Below, piece by piece: positions 18,701-26,151 of a stretch of 33,263 nt of DNA (its first letter is position 1; every line of letters starts with the position of its first letter). The notes beneath the pieces are model-generated. The model had not been told where the DNA came from, did not search any database, and worked only from the letters and a program-made list of their open reading frames with translations. The translations under genes were made by a program, and so were the position numbers. Source of the stretch: Erysipelotrichaceae bacterium. GTDB lineage: Bacteria; Bacillota_I; Bacilli_A; Erysipelotrichales; Erysipelotrichaceae. The stretch lies in contig JANJWY010000046.1 of the NCBI GenBank assembly GCA_024709285.1, positions 1-33,263 on the forward strand, read 5' to 3'.

Positions 18701-18767
18701 AATCAGCGGCAAAATGGAGGAAAACGGCAGTTGTCTTGTCAGAAATATCCTCTTGAAGCCTCAGTAA
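15714..18767 (+). CDS. dnaE: DNA polymerase III alpha subunit (DnaE type)
   Basis: The N-terminal PHP domain begins VHLYTLSHFSLLQG. PGRGSSAGSLVAFVLGIT, MPDIDIDF, HAAGIV and NKSHSVAYA are DnaE signatures. GTG start. Confidence 0.95.
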   Translation: MSVHLYTLSHFSLLQGLMSIEQLVITAKKRGFSAITLSDLNTLFGVPEFIKQCKKHEIKPLIGCIIDFEYQQQSVPVILIAKNQKGYQQLILQSTLANQSKTKVALSDTLKDYDQLIAIVLSEGGWLEGEFIQNDQKALYDKLDILKSVFSDIYIGLSTNESPFWKQLNQWAKGMIASKGLRTVAVPKVYYADEEDYEAYRIVRGIRSGLTIKDKSLIHQPHRHMLDTSEMVTLYDIDDLIASDEIAQKCDVIDINNMTSLPKFPLNEGVNSKQYLTQLCLFGLKKRFNGEVPDGYHARLKYELEVITSMNYEDYFLIVWDLIRFAKTQGIYVGPGRGSSAGSLVAFVLGITHVDPIVYDLLFERFLNPQRISMPDIDIDFPDNRRDEVIRYVKEKYGENHIAHIVTFGTLAAKQCLRDVSRVYEIPLRDVDMLSKAVPNAIKISLQEAYDQSDRFRTALSSDIALQRVFEMAKQLEGLPRHVSTHAAGIVMSKYPLQKVVPLISVEEDLFSTQYSMEYLEDIGLIKMDFLGLRNLTIIDEIVNRMDVSIDILKIPLDDQKTYQLISNGDTVGVFQLESEGMKSLIRKMKPDRFDDIVATIALFRPGPMENIPLYLKMKAEPSKITYLLPQLEPILKSTYGIMIYQEQIMLVTQRIAGFSLAKADILRKAVSKKKEDEILALKQDFISGCVNNGVNENVAITLFDLILKFANYGFNKSHSVAYALISYQMAYLKANYPLLFYTSLLTSVIGTEGKTSEYLDECRQRGVRVLPPSVNSSKDKFVIEGKAIRFPIVAVKGIGQAAYSLLKNERDERGIFTDYYDFVARMLVHRFQSKWIETLIYAGALDEFNLSRATMIASLDDAISYADLVRIEISGQSRIDLQLVSRPIPIVVKDQPLLRSEKEKEVLGFYLGEHPLLSVRANSKIKYPHISQLTGKVGDVTFIAMIQRVKTHRTKKGDMMAFVGVGDESSFMDCVCLPNVYQKVWELLQKGAIVEISGKMEENGSCLVRNILLKPQ

Positions 18768-18769
18768 CT

Positions 18770-18791
18770 GATTTCACACCGATTTCACACC
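18770..18791 (+). repeat. Perfect tandem direct repeat, 2 x GATTTCACACC (11-bp period), upstream of the response regulator
   Basis: 18770-18780 and 18781-18791 are identical. A degenerate third copy, TTCTACAC, follows. Confidence 0.6.
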
Positions 18792-18821
18792 AATGTTCTA
18801 CACTAATGTGGAGGTGAAACT

Positions 18822-19490
18822 ATGGCTAAGATTTTAGTTGTCGATGATGAAATACGCATTCGCGATGTTGTCAGCGAATATGCAACGGCCTATGGCTATC
18901 AAGTCGTTCAGGCTCAAGATGGTTTGGAAGCCTTAAAAAAACTGGATAAAGAAAAATTTGACATTGTCATATTAGATATTATGATGCCCAACCTGGATGG
19001 CTTTTCAGCTTGCAAACAAATCAAAGAAAAGCAGAATGTACCCATTATTATGTTAAGTGCACGTCAGGAAGAATATGATAAACTTTTGGGATTTGAGTTA
19101 GGAATCGATGATTATGTCGTAAAACCGTTTTCTTTAAAAGAACTTATGGCCAGAATCAAGTTGGTCATTGAGCGATATCATGGCAAAGAGAGCAAAACTG
19201 TCTCCTTTGATGGATTGACCATTGATTTCGATGGCCGCAATGTCTTTATCGATAATCAGAAAGTGAATATGACGCCCAAAGAATTCGAATTGCTGCTGTT
19301 TTTGGTCAAGCATAAAAATCAGGCACTTTCACGTGATGTTTTGCTTGATAAAGTTTGGAATTACAATTATTTCGGCGATGACAGAACCGTCGATACTCAT
19401 GTGAAGATGCTTAGGCACAGTTTGAAACACTATCGTCACATGATCGTAACTGTGCGCGGTACGGGGTACAAGTTTGAGACCAAACACTAG
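18822..19490 (+). CDS. OmpR-family response regulator
   Basis: The receiver domain has DDE...D(ILD)...K. The C-terminal winged helix has LTPKEFELLLFL...RGTGYKF. GGAGGTG RBS. Confidence 0.9.
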   Translation: MAKILVVDDEIRIRDVVSEYATAYGYQVVQAQDGLEALKKLDKEKFDIVILDIMMPNLDGFSACKQIKEKQNVPIIMLSARQEEYDKLLGFELGIDDYVVKPFSLKELMARIKLVIERYHGKESKTVSFDGLTIDFDGRNVFIDNQKVNMTPKEFELLLFLVKHKNQALSRDVLLDKVWNYNYFGDDRTVDTHVKMLRHSLKHYRHMIVTVRGTGYKFETKH

Positions 19491-20895
19491 GGGCATACGC
19501 TTTAAAACATGGTTATATCTGTTTTATCTGACGATCAGCATCCTTGCTTTGCTATGGGCGCTGCAGATCGTCTTTTTAAAGCCGTACTATCGTAACATGA
19601 AGATTACCGACATCCGAAATGTTGCCGGAGCGATAGAAGAGAGTCTTATTTCAGATAAACTAAGTGAAAATATCGTGCAGATAGCTGTTGAAAACAATGT
19701 CTGTGCGGTTATTTACAATAAGAACTACCAGATGGTGTACTCTGTGGATTCCTTGGGGGTCAACTGTTTTCTTACGCGATCACCCATCTCAGATCAGAAA
19801 GCTTTTATCGAGGAGTATGTAATTGAGGCTCAAGCCGTTGCGGGTTCAGATTATTACTTTACGATGCAAAACACCAATTTCCGTCAGGAAATGATTTTTT
19901 ACGGCAAGGAAGTCAAAGTAAATCTGACCGAGTTTTATATATTTATCAATGCTCCCATCGAACCACTGGACTCAACCATATCGATTCTGCAAGATCAGTT
20001 TATTTACGTTACGATTGCCGTACTCTTTTTGTCTACTGTTATATCCGGTATCATTTCATTTCGAATTGCCAGACCGCTGGCAAACATGACGGAGAGTGCA
20101 AGGAAGCTAGCCCATGGAGATGTCAATGTTAAATTTGATTATGGCGGATACAGTGAAATTGATGATTTGGCGGATACCTTGAACTTTGCGACCATTGAAC
20201 TGTCTAAGATGGATGAACTGCGCCGGGATTTGATTGCCAATGTGTCTCATGATATCAAAACACCTTTGACCATGATCAAAGCTTATGCGGAGATGATCAA
20301 AGAATTATCCGGAGATAACCCAGTCAAACGAAATGAACACCTGGATATCATATTAAGTGAGGCAAATCATTTAAACCGATTGGTCAACGACATGCTTCAA
20401 TTATCATTGAATCAGTCAAACAAACTCACTATTGATACGACACAGTTCTTTTTGAAGAAGAAAATGACTGAAATCGTCGGGCTTTTTGCCGGGTTTACGG
20501 ACTCAGGTCAAGTTGAAATCGAAATGAACATTGATCGCAAGATAAAGGTTGAGGCTGATGAAATCAAATTCGGTCAAGTAATGTTCAACTATATCAATAA
20601 TGCGATCCGTCATATCGGTGAGGATAAGAAAGTCATCATCAAAGCAGAAATAATTGATAAAACTGTCCGAATATCTGTCATAGATCACGGATCTGGCATT
20701 GAACCCCTTCATTTGCCATATATTTGGGACAGGTACTACAAAATCGATAAAAATTACACCCGTGAATCGGATGGCGGAACGGGTTTAGGACTTGCCATTG
20801 CCAAATCAATTTGTGTCGCTCATAACCTGAACTTTGGCGTAATCTCTTCAGAAGGAGAGGGAGCCACGTTCTTTGTAGATTTACCGCTGGTCTAA
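19474..20895 (+). CDS. Sensor histidine kinase (2 TM, HAMP, HisKA, HATPase_c)
   Basis: H-box ANVSHDIKTPL, N-box NYINNAIRH, G-boxes DHGSGI and GGTGLGLAI. The TTG start overlaps the regulator stop by 17 nt. Confidence 0.85.
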   Translation: MRPNTRGIRFKTWLYLFYLTISILALLWALQIVFLKPYYRNMKITDIRNVAGAIEESLISDKLSENIVQIAVENNVCAVIYNKNYQMVYSVDSLGVNCFLTRSPISDQKAFIEEYVIEAQAVAGSDYYFTMQNTNFRQEMIFYGKEVKVNLTEFYIFINAPIEPLDSTISILQDQFIYVTIAVLFLSTVISGIISFRIARPLANMTESARKLAHGDVNVKFDYGGYSEIDDLADTLNFATIELSKMDELRRDLIANVSHDIKTPLTMIKAYAEMIKELSGDNPVKRNEHLDIILSEANHLNRLVNDMLQLSLNQSNKLTIDTTQFFLKKKMTEIVGLFAGFTDSGQVEIEMNIDRKIKVEADEIKFGQVMFNYINNAIRHIGEDKKVIIKAEIIDKTVRISVIDHGSGIEPLHLPYIWDRYYKIDKNYTRESDGGTGLGLAIAKSICVAHNLNFGVISSEGEGATFFVDLPLV

Positions 20896-20950
20896 AATTT
20901 ATTTTTCAATATCCGTCGGTTTGTTGTATACTAATTGCTAAGGTGATTGT

Positions 20951-21637
20951 ATGAACAGAACGACGGATTTTTTACCGGGAAGCAAATTCAAGATTTTTCA
21001 GCACAAGGATATGTTTCGTATCAATACAGACACCTTTGCGCTTGCGACCTTCATGATGATCAAAAAAGGTGAGATCGTCTTGGATATCGGTACAAATAAT
21101 GGTGCATTATTAATCGAAGCCTCCCGTTTTAGCCCGAAAGAACTGATCGGTGTCGACATTTTTGACGAAGCTACAGATATAGCCAGAGAGAATTTTAATG
21201 AGCTCCATATCGAAAATTATCGTCTTTATACTTGCAGAGTTCAGGATTTGACTGTTGAACCTGTAGATGTCATTTTATGCAACCCACCGTATTTCAACCA
21301 GATGAATAAGGCAAACCGCAATCCCAATCCATATCTTGAAGCGGCCCGACATGAGATATTTTTACCATTGGTCGAACTGCTTGACTGTGTAAACAGAGAT
21401 TTGAAATCACACGGTCGTTTCTATTTGATTCATCGATAAGATAGTTTTGCTGAAAAAAAAAATGAAGCAGACAAAAGAGGGTTGGCACTGAAAAAATGCA
21501 TGCCGATCATCGATCATCGTAAGAAGAACAGTCATGCCATATGCCTTGAATTTATCAAGGGCGGCAATCAGGGGCTGATATTTATTAATCCGATGGAAAT
21601 CGGAAAGGAGACAGACAATGACGGGTACGTGGATTAA
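20951..21637 (+). pseudogene. NPPY-type SAM-dependent methyltransferase (YabB / tRNA m6A37 TrmN6-like) interrupted by one in-frame TAA at 21437-21439
   Basis: It has DIGTNNGAL (SAM motif I) and CNPPYF motifs. After FYLIHR-TAA the same frame stays open for 65 more codons, DSFAEKKNEADKRGLALKKCMPIIDHRKKNSHAICLEFIKGGNQGLIFINPMEIGKETDNDGYVD. From memory, this aligns without gaps to the C-terminus of B. subtilis YabB (HRPERLLDIF...ILVEGIKDGK). Confidence 0.6.
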
Positions 21638-22340
21638 TGTTGCTGCCATCATGATCGGCAGCTGTGTGGGGTTGTTTCTTAAAAGAGGCATTTCTGATAA
21701 GTTGGGCGGAAGCTTGATGCAAGCTGTCGGACTTTGTGTAGTCATCATCGGTATTTCCGGAGCATTGAAAAGTGAAGACATGATCATTACGATCGTTTCA
21801 TTGGCTTTTGGTGCGTTGGTAGGTGAATCCATCGATATTGAAAAGAAAATGGATACTTTTGCTCAAAAAATTGAAGATCGTTTCAGCAATGGAAAGGAAT
21901 CCGGATGGTTTGTCCGCGGATTTGTGACAGCATCACTGTTGTTTGCTGTCGGAGCTATGGCAATCGTAGGATCGATTGAAAGCGGACTCAATGGTAATCA
22001 CGAAATTTTAATCACGAAGTCTTTATTGGACTTTATTGCTTCAATCGTACTGACTGCGTCATTGGGGATCGGAGTTTTTTTCTCGGCTTTTGTCATACTG
22101 ATTTATCAAGGTTCTATCACATTGGGATCTACTTTGCTTACCACCTTATTTTCATCGAATCTGACCATGGTTATTACCGCAATGTCTGCGGCCGGCTATA
22201 TACTGATTTTTGGGCTGGGGCTGAATATGCTGAAGATAACAAAATTAAAAATCGGCAATTTTGTTCCTGCGATTTTCTTTCCGATTTTGTATTACAGTCT
22301 GATATTACCAGCTATTGAGTTTGTGTTCAGTTTTTTATGA
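21618..22340 (+). CDS. DUF554 (YdfK-like) membrane protein
   Basis: The N-terminus GTWINVAAIMIGSCVGLFLKRGISDKL and the overall polytopic layout fit DUF554. GGAAAGGAG RBS. Confidence 0.75.
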   Translation: MTGTWINVAAIMIGSCVGLFLKRGISDKLGGSLMQAVGLCVVIIGISGALKSEDMIITIVSLAFGALVGESIDIEKKMDTFAQKIEDRFSNGKESGWFVRGFVTASLLFAVGAMAIVGSIESGLNGNHEILITKSLLDFIASIVLTASLGIGVFFSAFVILIYQGSITLGSTLLTTLFSSNLTMVITAMSAAGYILIFGLGLNMLKITKLKIGNFVPAIFFPILYYSLILPAIEFVFSFL

Positions 22341-22365
22341 CATGAATGTCAGTTAAGAGAGAAGT

Positions 22366-22383
22366 ATTGTTAATTCATTAACA
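22366..22383. promoter_or_regulatory. Candidate Rex (NADH/NAD+ sensing repressor) operator
   Basis: TTGTTAA-TTCA-TTAACAA is a perfect match to the clostridial Rex box TTGTTAA-N4-TTAACAA. It ends 6 bp upstream of the predicted -35 of the hydrogenase operon. Confidence 0.55.
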
Positions 22384-22389
22384 AAGTTA

Positions 22390-22417
22390 TTGAAAAATTC
22401 ATGACATATGTTAGAAT
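22390..22417 (+). promoter_or_regulatory. sigma-A type promoter of the hydrogenase operon
   Basis: TTGAAA (22390-22395), 16 nt, TGtTAGAAT (extended -10, hexamer 22412-22417). Confidence 0.5.
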
Positions 22418-22546
22418 ATAACCATGATAAGATCTTTATTGTAGAAGCAGCAGAAGAGTAATAGGCTGCACGAAACTATTTTTTTTAGATATATATGTGA
22501 ATAATATAACAAACATCAAAGGGTGTTTGTTTTGGAGGTAAAAGTG

Positions 22547-23041
22547 ATGCTGGAAGACAGACACCAACCATGTAATGGACACCTTCTATTTAATCAACAG
22601 GAAGTAATCAAAATCATTGATTTGTTTGACAGTAAAAGAAGCAACTTGATTCAGATTCTGCATCAGCTTCAAAATCTTTATGGTTTTTTACCGATTGAAA
22701 TTTTAGTTCAGGTGTCGAATAAAATGAGTGTTCCACTGTCTGAGGTTACCGGTGTCGTTTCATTTTATTCCTTCTTTTCTACACAGCCACGAGGCAGACA
22801 TACGATAAGAGTCTGTTTGGGAACTGCCTGTTATGTCAGAGGGGGAAAGAAGATCATTGAAAAAATTCAGGAACTATTGCAGGTTGATCTTGGTGGTACA
22901 ACCGAAGATCAGCGATTTACATTTGAAATAGCCCGTTGTATCGGGGCTTGCGGTTTAGCGCCGGCAGTAATGATTGACAATGAGGTTTATCGTCAAGTCA
23001 ATAGTAACAAACTCAAATCCATACTTGCTAAGTATGATTAG
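22547..23041 (+). CDS. hydC: NuoE/HydC-like [2Fe-2S] thioredoxin-fold subunit of a multimeric [FeFe]-hydrogenase
   Basis: Cys pattern CLGTAC...CIGACGLAP. GGAGG RBS lies 8 nt before the ATG at 22547; the track start 22523 is upstream of the RBS. Confidence 0.8.
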   Translation: MLEDRHQPCNGHLLFNQQEVIKIIDLFDSKRSNLIQILHQLQNLYGFLPIEILVQVSNKMSVPLSEVTGVVSFYSFFSTQPRGRHTIRVCLGTACYVRGGKKIIEKIQELLQVDLGGTTEDQRFTFEIARCIGACGLAPAVMIDNEVYRQVNSNKLKSILAKYD

Positions 23042-23049
23042 GAGGTAGT

Positions 23050-26000
23050 ATGAAACAGATCATAAACACGATTCACCAGCTGAATCAGCTTAAAACACAA
23101 TATCTTTTTGATATGTCATTTTACTCGCATCAGATTCTTATATGTGGTGGTGCTGGATGTGTATCTTCAAACTGTGACAGTGTCAGTGCTGCCGTAGATG
23201 AGAAACTTAAAGAATTAAAGCTATCTGAAAAGGTTAAAGTATATCAGGTGGGATGTATGGGTATGTGTGCAGTCGGTCCGATTATGCTGATTTTGCCTGA
23301 GAAAACATTTTACACCCATTGTACACCGCAAAGCGCTAAGCGAATCGTGGTCAATCACATCGTAAATAAAAAAATACTTCTTGAACACACATTTTATGAT
23401 CAAAGCCTGAAGAAACATGTTCCTTGTATCGATGATATCGATTTTTTCAAGACTCAGATAAAAATCGCTTTAAGGAACTGCGGATCAATCGAAAACGATT
23501 CAATCAAAGCTTACATTGCTAAAGACGGATACTTCGCCATTGCTAAGATACTCAAAGTTTTCAGTGCAGAAAAGGTGATTGAAGAAATCACAAATTCGGG
23601 GTTGAGGGGACGTGGCGGTGCAGGATTTCTAACAGGAGTAAAGTGGAAAGCTGGTTATCTGGCAAAAAGCGATCAGAAATATATGATATGCAACGCGGAT
23701 GAGGGTGATCCTGGTGCATTTATGGATCGTTCGATCATTGAGGGTGATCCTCACTCAGTAATTGAAGGAATGATGATCGGCGGATATGCGATTGGAGCAT
23801 CCAAAGGATATATTTATATCCGAGCCGAATATCCCCTGGCAATCAAACGATTAAGTTACGCACTTGAAGAAGCGAGAGAATTTGGTTTGCTCGATCGCAA
23901 AATTTTTGAAAGCAATTTCAGTTTTGATATAGAAATCCGGATTGGCGCCGGTGCTTTTGTCTGTGGTGAAGAAACCGCTTTAATCGCTTCCATTGAAGGC
24001 AAACGAGGAGAACCGAGTCAGAAACCGCCATATCCTTTTCAGAAGGGTGTATTTAAAAAGCCGACAATAATTAACAATGTTGAAACATTGGCCAGTATAC
24101 CTGCTATCATGTTAAAAGGAGCAGCCTGGTACAGTCAGTTTGGCACGGAAAGCAGTAAAGGAACCAAAGTTTTTGCTCTGGCCGGAGATATCGTAAATAC
24201 AGGTATCGTTGAAGTACCGATCGGCACACCGATTGGAGATATTCTGTTTAACATCGGCGGAGGTATCAGTGGTAAAAAGAAATTTAAAGCGGCTCAAATC
24301 GGCGGACCATCCGGCGGATGTATCACACTTGAAAATCTCAATACGCCAACCGATTATGACCAATTAGCGAAACTGGGTGCAATCATGGGTTCGGGTGGTC
24401 TGATTGCCATGGATGAGGATACCTGTATGGTAGATACGGCGAGATTCTTCATGGATTTTATTCAAGATGAATCATGCGGAAAATGTCTGCCATGCCGTTT
24501 AGGTACTAAGCAAATGCTTGAAATATTAGAACGCATCACCCAAGGAAAAGGTGTTGAGGGCGATATAGAAATGCTGATCGAATTGGGCGAGACCATTCAA
24601 CAAACAGCCATTTGCGGTCTGGGTCAGTCAGCACCCAATCCGGTATTAAGTACGATCCGTTATTTCAAAGAGGAGTATCAGCAACACATTCGTGATAAAT
24701 TTTGTAAAGCCGGGGTTTGCTCAGATTTATTCATTTCGCCTTGTGAAAACACATGTCCTGCAAATATTAATGTCCCAGGATATATACGCTTGATCGCTGC
24801 CGGAAGATTTTTGGATGCTTACCAGCTGATCCGACAGGAAAATCCGTTTCCGGCGGTCTGCGGTCGGATATGCACGCGTCCCTGTGAATCGAAATGTCGC
24901 CGCTCAATGACTGACGAAGCTGTCGCAATATGTGATTTAAAGCGATTTGCCGCGGACTATGCGTATAGAAATGAAAAAGAGATTCTGATAGATGCGATCA
25001 TGACTAAAAACGGTAGGAAAGTTGCCATTATAGGGGCTGGTGCATCTGGGCTTACCTGTGGGTATTATCTAGTCAGAAACGGTTATGAAGTGGATGTGTA
25101 TGAACAAGAAAGTGTCGCCGGCGGTGTGCTTGCTTTTGGAATTCCGGAATACAGATTGCCAAAAGAAGTCTTAGCACACGAAATCTCACTCATTGAGAAA
25201 ACCGGAGTAAGAATTCATTTAAATACACAGATTGGAAAAGATATTGCTTTTGAACAATTAAAGAAAGACTATGATTCCGTTTATGTTGCTACAGGAACAC
25301 AGTTTCCTGAAAAAATCCGTGTTGAGGGAGAAGATTTACCGGGTGTGATTCATGGCATAAACTTCTTGAAGGAAGTTAATTCAAATATGAAATATCGGAT
25401 TGATGGCAAAGTCATTGTCATCGGGGGAGGAAACACGGCGATTGACTCAGCCAGAACCGCTCTTCGTTGCGGAGCCAGTGAAGTCATCGTTCTTTATCGC
25501 CGTACCATCGATGCCATGCCGGCATATGAAGCTGAAATTCATGAAGCAGTGTCCGAAGGCGTCCGTATTATTGAGTTGGCATCACCTAAACGTTTTATCC
25601 AAGGTCAAAATGGAAGCGTATCTCAAATAGAGTGTTTCAAGATGCAACTGGCTGAATTTGATAATTCCGGAAGAAGAAAATCAAAAGCCATTGAAAATTC
25701 AACTTTTAAAATCGATGCAGATTTGGTCATAGTTGCGGTAAGTCAGTATTCAGATTTGCCTTTTATCAAAAAAGAGGAAATCGGCGTTACACGTTGGGGA
25801 ACGTTTGTTGTTGACGGCAAAACGCTGATGACAACGATGGATGGTGTTTTTGCCGGAGGCGATGTTGCACGCGGACCGGATACTGTCATACAGGCAATAG
25901 CTGATGGTAAAAAGGCGGCTGAGTCAATAGACAGGTATTTAGGAGGAAAAGGATTACTGAATAAAGGGATGCGGATTGATTTGCCAACGGTTGCAGATGA

Positions 26001-26148
26001 AGATGAAATCGTTGCACTGCATCGCTTTCCGTTGGATATTTTAGATGTTGAACACAGAAAAAGCAGTTTCAGTGAAGTTGTTTTAGGATATCACAAGCTC
26101 AATGCAATGGCAGAAGCCATGCGTTGTCTGCATTGTGACCGGAGGTAA
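23050..26148 (+). CDS. Fusion protein: NuoF/HydB-like FMN/NADH/[4Fe-4S] module (aa ~1-547) plus GltD/NfnB-like [4Fe-4S]/FAD/NAD(P)H module (aa ~548-1032)
   Basis: N-terminal part: GGAGCVSSNC...GCMGMCAVGP, GLRGRGGAGF, NADEGDPGAF, ESCGKCLPCR. C-terminal part: PCENTCPANINVPGYIRLI...NPFPAVCGRICTRPCESKCRR, VAIIGAGASGL, VIVIGGGNTAIDSARTALRCGASEVIVLYRR, GVFAGGD. Confidence 0.85.
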   Translation: MKQIINTIHQLNQLKTQYLFDMSFYSHQILICGGAGCVSSNCDSVSAAVDEKLKELKLSEKVKVYQVGCMGMCAVGPIMLILPEKTFYTHCTPQSAKRIVVNHIVNKKILLEHTFYDQSLKKHVPCIDDIDFFKTQIKIALRNCGSIENDSIKAYIAKDGYFAIAKILKVFSAEKVIEEITNSGLRGRGGAGFLTGVKWKAGYLAKSDQKYMICNADEGDPGAFMDRSIIEGDPHSVIEGMMIGGYAIGASKGYIYIRAEYPLAIKRLSYALEEAREFGLLDRKIFESNFSFDIEIRIGAGAFVCGEETALIASIEGKRGEPSQKPPYPFQKGVFKKPTIINNVETLASIPAIMLKGAAWYSQFGTESSKGTKVFALAGDIVNTGIVEVPIGTPIGDILFNIGGGISGKKKFKAAQIGGPSGGCITLENLNTPTDYDQLAKLGAIMGSGGLIAMDEDTCMVDTARFFMDFIQDESCGKCLPCRLGTKQMLEILERITQGKGVEGDIEMLIELGETIQQTAICGLGQSAPNPVLSTIRYFKEEYQQHIRDKFCKAGVCSDLFISPCENTCPANINVPGYIRLIAAGRFLDAYQLIRQENPFPAVCGRICTRPCESKCRRSMTDEAVAICDLKRFAADYAYRNEKEILIDAIMTKNGRKVAIIGAGASGLTCGYYLVRNGYEVDVYEQESVAGGVLAFGIPEYRLPKEVLAHEISLIEKTGVRIHLNTQIGKDIAFEQLKKDYDSVYVATGTQFPEKIRVEGEDLPGVIHGINFLKEVNSNMKYRIDGKVIVIGGGNTAIDSARTALRCGASEVIVLYRRTIDAMPAYEAEIHEAVSEGVRIIELASPKRFIQGQNGSVSQIECFKMQLAEFDNSGRRKSKAIENSTFKIDADLVIVAVSQYSDLPFIKKEEIGVTRWGTFVVDGKTLMTTMDGVFAGGDVARGPDTVIQAIADGKKAAESIDRYLGGKGLLNKGMRIDLPTVADEDEIVALHRFPLDILDVEHRKSSFSEVVLGYHKLNAMAEAMRCLHCDRR

Positions 26149-26151
26149 CCT

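Noticed and set aside
21453-21462. An A10 homopolymer just after the in-frame stop of the methyltransferase, considered as a phase-variation switch.
   Set aside because: The TAA lies upstream of the tract and in the same frame as both halves. Slippage in the tract could therefore not restore a full-length product.
21407-21832. A 141-aa minus-strand ORF spanning the methyltransferase/DUF554 junction.
   Set aside because: It is a shadow of the DUF554 membrane gene, since hydrophobic genes often give open antisense frames. There are no expression signals.
22337-22350. The palindrome TGACAT-GA-ATGTCA overlapping the DUF554 stop codon, with ATGACAT recurring at 22401-22407 in the hyd promoter spacer.
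   Set aside because: The 2-nt loop is too tight for an RNA hairpin terminator. As a DNA site it matches no regulator consensus I know (not CRP, FNR or Fur). One full copy plus one half-site is not enough evidence.
22447-22530. Two hairpins in the hydrogenase leader, considered as an attenuator or riboswitch: GCAGC...GCTGC followed 9 nt later by T8, and ACAAACA-N8-TGTTTGT just before the RBS.
   Set aside because: The stems are short (5 and 7 bp, AT-rich). The T-run is not adjacent to the first stem, and I recognise no riboswitch consensus. This is too weak to call without covariation data.
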